Below are positions 1 through 10,905 of a stretch of 25,236 bases of DNA, one piece after another; the stretch's first letter is position 1, and each line of letters opens with the position of its first letter. The translations under genes were made by a program, and so were the position numbers. The stretch lies in NCBI GenBank assembly GCA_009103225.1, contig RHPI01003011.1:41055-66290 (forward strand), read 5' to 3'. Source of the stretch: Chlorokybus atmophyticus. Taxonomy: Eukaryota > Plantae > Mesostigma and Chlorokybus algae. A model generated the notes under the pieces. It searched no databases. It was not told the DNA's origin and saw only the letters and a program-made list of their open reading frames with translations.

Positions 1-710
1 CATGAACAGCTGGCCTGGCTGACATGCACGTGTTTGTGGCCTGGTGGTAGTTGGCGGCGGCAGCCATGGCTATGGTTTGTGGCCTGGTGACGCCGTTGGC
101 CTGAGCATGCTGGTTATGCTGGTTATGCTGGCCTGGTTATGCTGGCCGCCACCAGGCCAGCATAACCAGGCCAGTGGCGTGGCCTGGTGCTCTTGGTATG
201 GAGCACCAGGCCGCCCGCCAGGCCACCAGCAGCGGCGGCCGAACGGCGGTCAGCTGCGGCTTAATCGCAGCTGCGGCTGACCGCGGTCAGCCGCCAGAGC
301 ACAGTTAATTTACAGCAATCTCAGCCGCAGCCGGTAAAGCTGGTCCGGTTGCAACCGGCCATATAATTCAAACGCGTAACAAAATTTGTAAACCGGACCA
401 GACCTGGTTCGCCGATTAGTATCTATAGATGCGCACCAGCCATGGCTGCTACTACTTTGTATCAAGACTCGGACCATTGATGGTCCTTACACATGACCAT
501 AACCGGTCCGACTTCCAACATTTTCTGACCGGGACCAGCCCTGGCCCGGTTTTCGGGGGACCGTGGGACAATTACGTACTGTTTGGACCTGCCCAGGTCC
601 CCGCGTGCAGACCAAGGCGGGGGACCCTGGTCCGGACCCCAAGCCGCCCGGGCAATTTGGCCCTGGTCCGTACGTGAGGACCAGGGTTGGTCCGCGGAAA
701 AAATTCCGTC
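1..710. repeat. GC-rich hairpin/motif island (CTGGCC block then GGACC/GGTCC block), probably a transposon terminal region; truncated by the window start
   Basis: Perfect 20-bp stem 128-147/155-174; 12-bp stem 181-192/201-212; 22-bp palindrome 273-294; many GGACC/GGTCC in both orientations at 390-700, e.g. CCCTGGTCC..GGACCAGGG at 661-686. Confidence 0.65.
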
Positions 711-1526
711 TGAAGCACACGCACATGCATGCACATGATGGGACGACGGGCAGCATGCCCATGCTTTCAAGGTTTGACCCTAAACCTTAGCAACTGCAAG
801 CGGTTGCTTACTATAGCGGCGATTTGACGGGATGGAGGGGCGCTCCTGCCGACCAACATACTAGCAAGGCAGTAGCACCTATAAGCTTGCTTAATTTCGG
901 ATGGCTATAAAAAACAACTAGAGTGCTAACCTACCCTGTGGCAATGGCGGCGAGGTTGTGCGGCTCGTCACGGGGGACAAGTGATGACAACAACATATCA
1001 GCGCAGGTAGAGACCTATTGTGCGCCAGCACACCACCACAACAGGAATGAATGGATGAAAACCAGCCATTTTTAGCCGCCTAAAATCAGACTGACAGCCT
1101 CTCGAGCCTGTCAGGACACCACACCCTACTGGATGGACTGCTGTACGAGCTGTTTGTACCTTAAAAAATGCCGTAAAGTCTGTCAGCTAATACATTTGAC
1201 ATGCTTTCCAACAAGCCATCACACGTAGCAAACCAATGTTTATAGCTAGCTCAAAAACCTATCGTTATTTAGGTGTTCGAATTAGTCAATCAATCGCCCT
1301 AATTCTCGCACTACCGTACTACAAATTGTTCTTTAAGTATATTAATGAGTGAAGTCAAACCCGAAAGTTTGATAACAAGTTTCGGGTCCAGTCCTTCTTA
1401 AATCCAATGCAACCAATGTATAAAACGGTTTTTAGCGAATGGACGAAATTAAAGTGCTCACCGCGGGGCGCGTGCAAATCAGCTATTAGCATTACGGCGT
1501 AATAGATAATGAGTGTTTATCGCGTA

Positions 1527-2268
1527 CCGTATTTACCAAACACAGTACCCCTGGCTTTGTGAAGGGGGGGACTGTATTTTAACCTTAGAGTCCCCCCCCC
1601 CCCTTTTTGAGTCCCCCCAAAAGAGGACTGTAATATATATATGTGATATATATATATGTGTTACTTGTGATTTATATGTATACTATGATGTTAATATCCG
1701 TTATAAGTATATAACATTTTACACTTTTAAATAGTATTTATTTATAGACATCATATATGATACTTGTAGTGATGAACGCATATATCATATTGCCATGCAC
1801 ATGTTCTTATATATATGATGGTATCCCACATGATATGTGTACTCATCATGTATTGTATAGCGTGATACATTTATTGCCATGTTAATGTGCGTGTGACATG
1901 ACACGTAATGTCAATTGTCTTTCTTGTGGCCCATATGGGTCACAAGTTGTCTTTCTTATGCATTAAAAAAAGCCAAAATGGCCCACAAGTTGTGGGCCAT
2001 TTTGGCACACATGTTTCTTTTCTTATGGGCCGTCAAGGTGCTGCCGGCTTTGCAGCTGGCCTGCCGGCACCAGTACAGGTTACGCTACTGGCTACGACCA
2101 GTAGCGTAGCTCACACATTTGATGACGTACTTCGGGGGGACCATGCTGCGCTCAACTACACGACAAAGTTCCCCCCATCGTAACACAATCCGCCCGAACA
2201 CAGTCCCCCAGCAAAATTGAGGGGGGGGACTACATAAAAAGGGGGGGACTGTGTTGGTGTGAATACGG
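1527..2268. mobile_element. Putative non-autonomous DNA transposon (MITE) with Tc2/pogo-like CCGTA termini
   Basis: Left end TA|CCGTATTTACCAAACACAGTACCC; right end reverse complement CCGTATTCACACCAACACAGTCCCC. About six subterminal GGGGGACT/AGTCCCCC motifs; AT-rich non-coding interior. Right flank is TT rather than the expected TA. Confidence 0.6.
1972..2006. repeat. Perfect inverted repeat, 17-bp arms, 1-nt spacer
   Basis: GCCAAAATGGCCCACAA-G-TTGTGGGCCATTTTGGC. Confidence 0.95.
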
Positions 2269-2489
2269 TTGGGATGGGGTTCATTTTGTCGGAAAACGAC
2301 AGCGTAGAAAACTATCCTATCCGACGGTCATCGCACAGGTGGGTAAAAGGCAATACCCTTTGTCTGGAGGAAAGGCGTCTCCAAACCGGCGATCTGACTG
2401 TTAAGCATGGCATTGATGGAAGCCGTCCGCGGGCCCGCGGGGGGGACTCTGCAGGGCGCGTATCCAAGCGACCGTGCCGGTTCTCAGCC

Positions 2490-2625
2490 AACCAATCACC
2501 CAGATAAGCAATAGCAATCCATCGGCAAGGGAATGGTTCCGGCTGCCCGCCCGCCGCGGAGCAACCAATCACGGCGGAATATACCCCACCGGCTCGGTCG
2601 GCTAAGATCAGCAGCATATATATAA
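2490..2625 (+). promoter_or_regulatory. Candidate core promoter of gene A
   Basis: Two identical AACCAATCAC (CCAAT-box-like) 10-mers at 2490 and 2563, followed by TATATATAA at 2617-2625, ~480 bp upstream of the ATG. A plausible 5'UTR intron lies at 2889-3059 (GTAGGT...CTGATGTAG). Confidence 0.4.
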
Positions 2626-3101
2626 CCGGAATTTGATTCAATTCCTGTCGAGAGGCTTAGTAAGCTGCCTGGACACGACACGGCATGATGAGGAGTCGCG
2701 CGGCCTGCCACAAGGAGGCCGCGGCGGCGGCGGCCGCGGCAGCGTGCATTACATGTAGTGTAGCCGGCTTGTACATACACATGCACGAGTGCACTGCACG
2801 TAGCACTGTGCAGAGCAGCAGCTAAGCGGCTGTGGGGCGTCGCTGGCTGCTGCGCAGCTAAGCGTCGAATGGAGAAGAGCGTCTGACGGTAGGTTGGGTT
2901 GGATGAACACGGGTTGTGGTTGCGGTGGTGGTGGTGGTGTCGCATTGCTGCTGACAAACGCCATGAGCCACACTGTAATGGCAGCGTGGTACATGGCGTT
3001 TGTTGCATGCTTTGCTGTGCACTGCTAGACGCACTTGACAAACTCTCTCACTGATGTAGGCGACAACACGAACCGTCGCCAACGGAAGAACTGACTGCAG
3101 A

Positions 3102-4232
3102 ATGGGGGCATCGCCAGCTGCTGCATGCTGCGGCACCACCCGTCATCGCCGGAGTCCGGGTCTGCTGCTGCATTGCCGTATGCTGCTGCTCGCAGCACTA
3201 ACCTTGCTGCTGCTGCCCCTCCCCGCCTCCGGGGCGCTGCCGCCGCCGCTGCTGGTGCGCGTATCCACCTTTGCGGACCTCGCCAGAGCTGTGCGCACTC
3301 CCCACCCCAGTGCAGGCGGCGGCGAGGTGCACGTGGTGGTGGACGGCAACCTGTACGTCGACGCCACGCTCGTCATCGCTGCCAACGCCGCGCTCACGGT
3401 CAGGGCGGACACCTCCAGCTCCAGCTCCAGGCGCAAAGTCATCGCGGCCGCTGCCAACTTCACTGGCGGCCTCTTCACCGTGCCCCCGAGCGCCAACCTC
3501 ACACTGCAGGACCTGGAGTTCACAGGCTTCACTTGCTCGGTAAGAGGACGACACCACCACCACACGCAAGCTGTCTCCATCGTGTCGTCTTAATAATAAT
3601 CATAATCCCTCTTCCTTCCATGCAGGATGGGGCGGCAGTGGTTGTCAACGAGGGCAACCTCACTGCCGAGCGGTGCGCATTCAGCGCCAACACCTACAGC
3701 GGGGTGAGCCAGCCAGCCAGCAGTCGTTGGCTTGCTGCGTGATGACAGCTTGAGATCAGAGCAAGCAAGCAAATCACCCCACTCTCTTCAAATTAACCCG
3801 TGCGTGCAGGTCCAGGGCAAAGCGGGCGCCGCTGCAGTCTACATCCCGTCGTTAGTTGCAACCGTAGGCATTGCGTCTTTCAGCCATTGCGAGTTCAACG
3901 GCAACTCTGTGTTGGTACGGGCGCGCAAGCAGCTAACACACACATGCTGCATGCAAATCCCGCTGTCTCTCACTCAGCTGACGGCGTCTGCTTGCATCCA
4001 CAGTTCGACTACAACGCGGGTGCCATCGGCAGTTATGGTGTGGTGTTTGTGACGGACTGCGTGTTTAACAACAACACAGGATTAAGCGGGTCGTCAATCA
4101 TGAGTCTAGGCGGCAGTCTGACTGTCGACCGATCATTCTTTTACAACAACTATGCCTCCAGCGTAAGACCCCATCGGGAGAATAACACCGTATGCAAGTT
4201 CTTTTTTTGCATTCTTTACCGTGGCAATGAGC

Positions 4233-4277
<45 letters not shown>

Positions 4278-7200
4278 AGAGTGGAGCGGCCATCTTCCTT
4301 CTTGGCTACACCACCGCAGACATCAAGCGCAGCAGTTTTGCGGGCAATCACGCGAGTGGTGGGAATGCTGAGGACACTGGCGGTGTCATCAGCATGGAAT
4401 GGTTGGAGGTTGGCGTAGCCCCGGGGAGTGCGCGCATCCACAACTGCAACTTCTACAGCCTGAGGGGCCCGCTGGCAGACGGCAACACCGGAGCGGTGAG
4501 CCGTACCTACCTCACTTGGCATTGACATGACGAGTCATTATTTGATTCATTGGCTCACACGCTTACACCTGTGCGTGCGTGCATGTGATCCAGTTTGGAG
4601 GTTGCCTGGGCGTGAATCGTATGACTGCTGAGGTGCGGTTGTGCAACTTCACGGGGTGTCGTGCGGACAGAGGTGCAGTTTTCCACTCCTCCGTCAATGC
4701 TTCCCTCGTAATGGAGGACTGCAACTTTCGCGACAACCATGCGGTGAGGGTGTCCGGTGTGATGCGCACGTCTTTGAACTCAATAATGAGAGACAGATTG
4801 CTCTGTGAGTACCGCACCTACTATGTTGACCAATGACACGCGTGTATGCTGAAGCTATTACTGTGATGATGTTGCGTACGCAGCAATATGGTGGTGTTGG
4901 CTACAATGATGCAAGCAACGTGACCTTTCGGCGCAATACGGTTGTTAACGCGTCAGCCGTAATCGGTGGCGGGGCGTTTTACAACAAAGGATATATGCTC
5001 ATTGACAGCTCTTCCATAACGGGCTCCCAATCTTTGGTAAGTTGTGCGCATATACAGAATTGCAAAGGCCTTCTTCACATGACTTTTGCTTGCTGCCTGT
5101 CAGGGCGGGGGTGGCGCGGCAATGAACGGGGCCGGTGGCATCATACGCGCCGCCAATATGCGGTTTGTGAACAACACAGCCCTGGTAAGTTCAGCAGATC
5201 TGATCATAGCGTTAGCACTGGCCAGAAGGCCCCCCCCCCCCCCCCCCCCNNNNNNNNNNNNNNNNNNNNNNNNNNNNNNNNNNNNNNNNNNNNNNNNNNN
5301 NNNNNNNNNNNNNNNNNNNNNNNNNNNNNNNNNNNNNNNNNNNTCCCCCCCTCCCTTGCGGACCCGCACGCATGTATGCGCGTGTGGGTGCGCACGTGCA
5401 CGCCCACATACGCATACGCGGACGCACACAGCTGCTTGCGTGCGTGCACCAAGCTTACACACAACCTCACGCACAGCTGGGTGGTGCGGTGCACACCGAC
5501 ACGGATAGTTTGGCAGCGTTTTTCACAAACTGCTCTTTCAGTGGCAATGTAGCGAAGGTAAGCAGTATTTTCTCTGCTGGTGTATCGTGTGTTCCGCACA
5601 GCAGCAGGCTGCCAAACTCTGTGTTACAAGATGATTGCGCAATGGCCAACGCTGATGCAATGGAACAGAACTCTGGCGGCGCTTGCTATGGCAATGATGG
5701 GTCTGGAACTATCGCATTCGATGGTGCGCGCGAAGCAACGCATAGAAGCATGTGGCATTCATTCATGCGTTCGCTGCTGAAGTTAGCAACTTCATCTCAC
5801 AGGGTGCGAGTTTGTCGGCAACCGTGCAGAGCTCGATGCCGGCGGGGCCATACTGACGCAGACACCACTAACCGTGACGAACAGCACCTTCGAGCGCAAC
5901 TTTGCACAGGTAGTGTGTGCCGGAAGAACAACAGACTGCCATCACCGTTTGGTGGGTCCAACCAAAAACACTCGCAACCACCCATGTTTGCTCATTGCTC
6001 GTGCAGCGAGGTGGAGGCGCAATCCACAACTCTGCTTCATTGAGCATTGTCGATGATGCTGAATTCAGCGAGAATGTTGCGGTGAGCCCCCCCGATGTTG
6101 CCCTTGAGTGCAGTCTCAGAGTCGATGATGACAATGCGCCGACAATCATTCTGGCGCTGAGTTATTTAGGTGTAGATAAAACTAGAAACTGCTTTGGCTT
6201 GCAGGGCGTCAGCGGTGGAGCGATGCACAACTATGGAGTGATGTCCGTCTCCGGCAGCGTTTTCAAGCGCAACCGCGCCAAGGTGGTGGTGATGACGATG
6301 ATGACGCCCAGCACACCTAACCAGACAGAATGATGGCTCAATTGGGTGTGATTGATGGCAGGAATCGTGTGGAGATGTTCGCAACAGCGCCGTGCGCGAG
6401 CTGCTGCAAGTGCGTGCATCACAGCTGAGATGATGAATGATGATGGTGCTTGAGTATTAGCATCACGCTGCCTGAGAGCGTTTGCAAGCCATGTCACTCC
6501 TTCATGCAGGAGGGGAGTGGCCGTGTGCCGGTTCACGTGTCCACACGCAACGCACTCAACATCAGCCACTGCGTGTTTGAGAACAGTTCTGCAGGGGTAA
6601 TCCACATCATGGACGCAACGCCGTGCATGTGTTGCTGTGAAGACGACAAGCGTTCAAGCACACACACACATACACACACTTGTCCTGCAGGTTGAAGGAG
6701 GATCTGTCTGCAACATTCTGGGGGTCCTCACTCTATCTGTAGGTGGCTCTACTCCACATTCACACGCTGCTCACTCTTTCTTTTCTTCTCACAAAACAGA
6801 AATCGTCTCTTAGGACCTGGTGATCAGCGGTGCACATGCTGGCAGAGGAGGTGCCGTTTACGTAGGGGCTGATGCTGCCAATGCTGCTCTCAACGCCGAT
6901 CTGTGCAGGAACATGTCCACACTGTTGCAAGTAAGTTGTTACATTCGCATGTCGCATGTGTGCCGGCAGTGACGTCCGTCATTATCGTAAAGTGCATGCA
7001 TGGTCTGTTTCATGCACTTCATGCAGAATGTCACGCTCGCCGACAACGTTGCAAGCACGTCCGGAGGCGGCATCGCGATAGACGCATCGCGATGCGACTC
7101 GGCTGCACGCATCACCATTGCGAATTCGACAATAAAAAGAAACACCGCGGCTTTTGGTGGTGGCGCAACGACAAGTGCGTATGCCATCACCACAGTCACA

Positions 7201-10200
7201 CAATGATGCGCACGTCATGTCATTCGCTCACTCACCAACATGGGTTTTCAACCATACATTGTAGGTTGTGGGGATGCTGGGACTTGCCCGCATATCGCGG
7301 CTGTCATGTTCAGTGACAACAGAGCCGAAGGTGGAGGTGGCGGGGCGCTGTTCTGCGACACATCCGTCACACCCAACATCACCGTCTGCCCTGATGGCAG
7401 TCAACCCACCAGCCTACAGGCAAGCAGCTGTTGGACAGCGTACTGATCGTTGTCGTTGTTGTTGTTGTTGCCGCTGCCGCTGTTTCTGACTTGTGTGTGT
7501 GATGACGAGACAGGGTTGCGATGCGTGGTCGGGGAATGCGGTCACGCACGGCGGATACGGCAACGTGGTGGCTGCCTCCGCTTATCGCTTGCAGGTGTCT
7601 CAGTCCAACTTCAGGTAGAGTAGTGCCCGTACACACGAGTGTGGCATCATCATCCTCCGACAATGTGACTGATGTGATGACGCTTGGTGTCTCAGCGCTG
7701 TGGTGTCCACCTCGACTCTATCGAACCTCACCGTGCGCGTGCTCGATCGGTACGGTCAGGTGGTCTCCCGCGGGCCAACGGCAACGCTCGCACTGCAGGC
7801 CGTACTGTTGGCCAACTCGTCTCCTCCGGGCGCGCGCATCGTCTCGCAGGCAGCCATCGTCACCTCAGGTAACACAACACAAAGACTTGCATTCCTACAT
7901 ATGAGTGGACAACTCGATGCTCGTGTTCATGAGAGGTGTGATGAGCAGTTAGTCAGCCCTTTTGTTTGTTGAGTGCATGGTGTTGATGCATGAAGCTAGG
8001 TGGACAATGACGGAGAGGTCGGGTAGCTGCCGTCACGAGGCTTTTCCATTCCCTACGCTGTTGCTGTCACCGATGTGTTTTTGGTGATGTGTCTTCAGGC
8101 GGTGCTGCCAAGTTTGGACTGGCGCTGCAGTCCGTCCCTGGCACCAACGAGGTTGACATCTCCGCCCCTGCAGTTGGGTTGCTGTCAGCACGCATCCAGG
8201 TGGAAGTGCGAGCCTGCATACCTGTAAGTTTGTATGCAGGCCTCATCTCTCCCACTTTCTGCACCCCTCGTTGAGTTACTATAGCTACCTCATTGTACTT
8301 ACTGCCTGCAGGGAGAGCGCACCACTCCTGAAGGCGATCTATGTGTGTACTGCGACCAGCCCTCGTACAGGTGAGACACGCGCACGCGCTGGCACAAGTG
8401 CATACTTCATAGCTGGTTGTTGGGTGCTGCTGTCGCAGTCAGAGGGTGTCTCATGCATATGCCCACTGACGCGCTGCATGCGTTCTGGCTGTGCTGTGCC
8501 AGCTTCGATCCCAACTCAACAGCCTGCCTGACATGCCCAACCGACACCGCTACCTGCTACGGCGGCGCGCAGGCAAGCGCTCAGCACTGGCGGCGTGTCT
8601 TTTGCTATTGCACGCACTGTGCACTTGTGAGAGCGCAGTTGACGTCACCTTGTGTTGACGTCACCTCTTTCCTCAGGTTGTGGCAAAAGAGGGCTACTGG
8701 CAATCTGCCTGGCTAGTGGACCAGTTCGTGCAGTGCCTCAGCAAGAAGGCGTGCTCGTATGCGGGCCGCCAAGAAGTGAGCGTCCACGGCCGTCCATGCA
8801 TGTCTCTCTCTCTCTCTCTCTCTCGTCTGGTCGTGTGTGTGACAGCTTGCTCGCTCGCTCGTTGCGTGCAGACGTTGCAGGGGAGACTTGCGGATGGCAG
8901 CTGGATGCCGGATGACCAGTGCGTGCGGGGCTATCAGGGCAATCTGTGCGCCGTTTGCAGCAAAGGGTACGGCTTGTCCGGGCAGGCAAGTAACGACTTG
9001 TTACTCATGTGTGTGCTGATGTGCATGCGTGCGTGCGTGCGTGCGTGTGCCTGTGTGTGTCAGCATGTACCTGTGTCGTACGAAGTGCGCACACGAGTGC
9101 GCTGGCGTGGACGCCAGCGTGAGCGCGCATGCTGGTCTGCCCGGTCTGGTCGTGAGGTTGGTTGTTGACTGTTGCATGTGTGTTGTGATGGTCAGGCGGG
9201 AAGCTACGAGTGCAAGCATTGCGGGAAGAAGTGGCTCACGGCGTTGGCGCTGACGGGGCTAGTGACAGTTTCCGTGGTGGCGATCGTGCTGATCATTCGG
9301 TCCGCATCGCAGCTGCCCTTTGATGCCATCGACGAGGAGAGGATGACGTTGGGAATGATGATCCCCGCCATAGTGAAGCTGCTCGTGTCCTACCTGCAAG
9401 TCAACTCCATCGCATTGGGTGTCCAATTTCGGTGGCCTTCATGGGTTAGTCGGATGCTGGGAGCTGTCGCGAGCGCGTCCACGGCCGGGTTTCAGCTCAT
9501 CTCCCCCAACTGCCTCTTTGGCAACAGCCACAACCGCTTCGACACCTCTTTCCAGGTTCTCATCACCTACGCCGCCCTGCCCTTCGTTGCCACAGGCCTT
9601 GTTGCCCTCTTCTGGACGGCCCGCTGGCACTACCTTCAAGCCAAACAGGTATCGATAGTAGACAGGAAGCGTGATGAGTGTTTCATGATGCGTAACAGCA
9701 GAGTAGTAGTTAGTGATGAAGTGCTGATAAAGTGTGTGTTTGGCAGAAGCTGATGCTGAGTGTGCTCGGGTCGGAGGCCTCAAGTTTCCGGGAATATTTT
9801 CGGCCGCGATTTGCACTGAGCACGATTGCGGTGCAGTTCTTCCTGTGGCCGGCAGTCACCACACGCATCGTGACGCTGTTCTCCTGCAGAAACGTCGATG
9901 TCGAAGGCGCCTACGTGCCGGACTCGGCGGTGGGTTCTTTCTGGGAACTTGCGATGAACCAGCGTTGCTACGAGGGCACTCACATGGCGATGGTTGCCGC
10001 GATCGGCATCCCGGGCACTATCGTCTTCTGCGTCGGCATCCCCCTCGTCACGTTCGTCATCCTTTACAGGAAGCGCAAGTCCCTGTACCAGCAAGCGACA
10101 GCAAAGTACTACGGTTTCCTCTACGCGGGTTACAAGCGCAAGTTCTTCTACTGGGAGTGCGTCGTGAGCATGCAGAAGCTCGTTCTCATCTTTGTGCTCG

Positions 10201-10905
10201 TCTTCATGAGCCAGCTGGGCACAGACCATCAGCTCCTTGTGTCTCTCGGCCTCTCATGGATCTTTGCGCTCGTGTCCCGTGCGGCAGCGCCCTTCGCCTC
10301 AGAGAAGCTCTGCAACATGCAGACCATGGCGTGGGCGTCCAACTGCATCCTGCTCTATGTGGGATGGCTCTTCTTCCTTCCTCTCTCCGGAGGCCTGCGA
10401 CTCGCCCTCTCCCTGGCCTTTGCCTTCATCTACCTCGGCTCCATTGCCATCTTCCTCGCACTGCTTGTCACGGAGGTCGTCGCCGGCGTCGCCCGCTGGC
10501 AGCAAGACGTCGCCAAGGACGACTTTGCGGACGCCCTGCGCGAGGCCATCGGACCCGTCCTCGGCACCATCCTTGTCGCCATCTACAGCGCCTTGAACTT
10601 CATCAAACGGCGCTCGCAACAGTACATCAGCACACGCCATTTCTCATGGCATGGCGCCAGGTCAGTATAGCACTCGGCGTTAACGGTGTTGCCTGCAACT
10701 GCTGGGGTTCTACTCTAACTCTGGTGTTTTTGCTGTTTCCAGTGGCTCCAAAGGTGGTTCCAGTGGTGGTGACATGTCTGTTGCACAAGCACCTACAGCT
10801 GATGTTGTGCTCTCCGTAACGAGCAACCAAGTTGGGACGGCGGACTTGCAGCTTGTGCTTTCTACCAATAGTGTGCCGCTGCACGAAAGTGCGGCTAGTG
10901 CATGA
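3102..10905 (+). CDS. Gene A: spliced gene for a large surface receptor/adhesin-like protein (signal peptide, POMP/pectin-lyase-like beta-helix repeats, Cys-rich region, ~9-TM C-terminal domain), ~1533 aa
   Basis: Manual exon chain, frame open throughout (4602 nt): 3102-3539, 3626-3703, 3810-3914, 4004-4162, 4280-4495, 4594-4743, 4884-5036, 5104-5184, 5477-5557, 5669-5723, 5803-5909, 6007-6081, 6205-6282, 6510-6596, 6691-6738, 6814-6930, 7027-7174, 7265-7419, 7514-7614, 7696-7868, 8099-8223, 8312-8370, 8503-8572, 8677-8775, 8872-8985, 9196-9648, 9747-10660, 10743-10905. Motifs: MLLLAALTLLLLPLPASGA signal; GGAILTQ..FERNFA, GGAIHN..FSENVA, GGAMHN..FKRNRA repeats; CLTCP..CYGG..EGYW, GYQGNLCAVC; TM domain with FFLWP..LFSC, CYEGTH, YGFLYAGY..YWE. 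Individual boundaries could be off. Confidence 0.85.
4236..4274 (+). repeat. (TG)~19 microsatellite abutting a 3' splice site of gene A
   Basis: Directly visible; followed by CGCAG acceptor at 4275-4279. Confidence 0.95.
5250..5343. other. Assembly gap (94 N) flanked by poly-C, inside a gene A intron (5185-5476)
   Basis: N run directly visible; 20 C's immediately upstream and TCCCCCC downstream. Confidence 0.97.
9196..10660 (+). other. Gene A multi-pass transmembrane domain
   Basis: About 9 hydrophobic segments by eye across ORFs 9172-9753 and 9732-10670; GFLY.GY...YWE motif reminiscent of TRP-like/FLC (PF06011-type) membrane domains (recollection, not a search result). Confidence 0.75.

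Larger units (their letters stand above)
3626..7419 (+). other. Gene A beta-helix (POMP-like GGA[I/V] / FxxN) repeat region
   Basis: Recurrent GGA(I/V/M) and F-x-x-N-x-A motifs in the translated exons; this motif pair defines Chlamydial polymorphic outer membrane protein repeats, which form right-handed parallel beta-helices. Confidence 0.8.

Noticed and set aside
44-790. Short ORFs in the first island
   Set aside because: They arise from GC-rich repeat and hairpin sequence lacking stops; no protein motifs.
6361-6410. Extra 48-nt phase-0 exon in a gene A intron (ESCGDVRNSAVRELLQ)
   Set aside because: Splice signals are present but the peptide lacks repeat motifs; not included without RNA evidence.
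9734-10819. Long overlapping ORFs (e.g. 9734-10819 +, 16090-16827 -, 16879-17718 -, 3125-3742 +, 23731-24333 +)
   Set aside because: Alternative-frame or antisense shadows of GC-rich coding exons, with low-complexity Arg/Pro/Ala translations and no recognisable domains.
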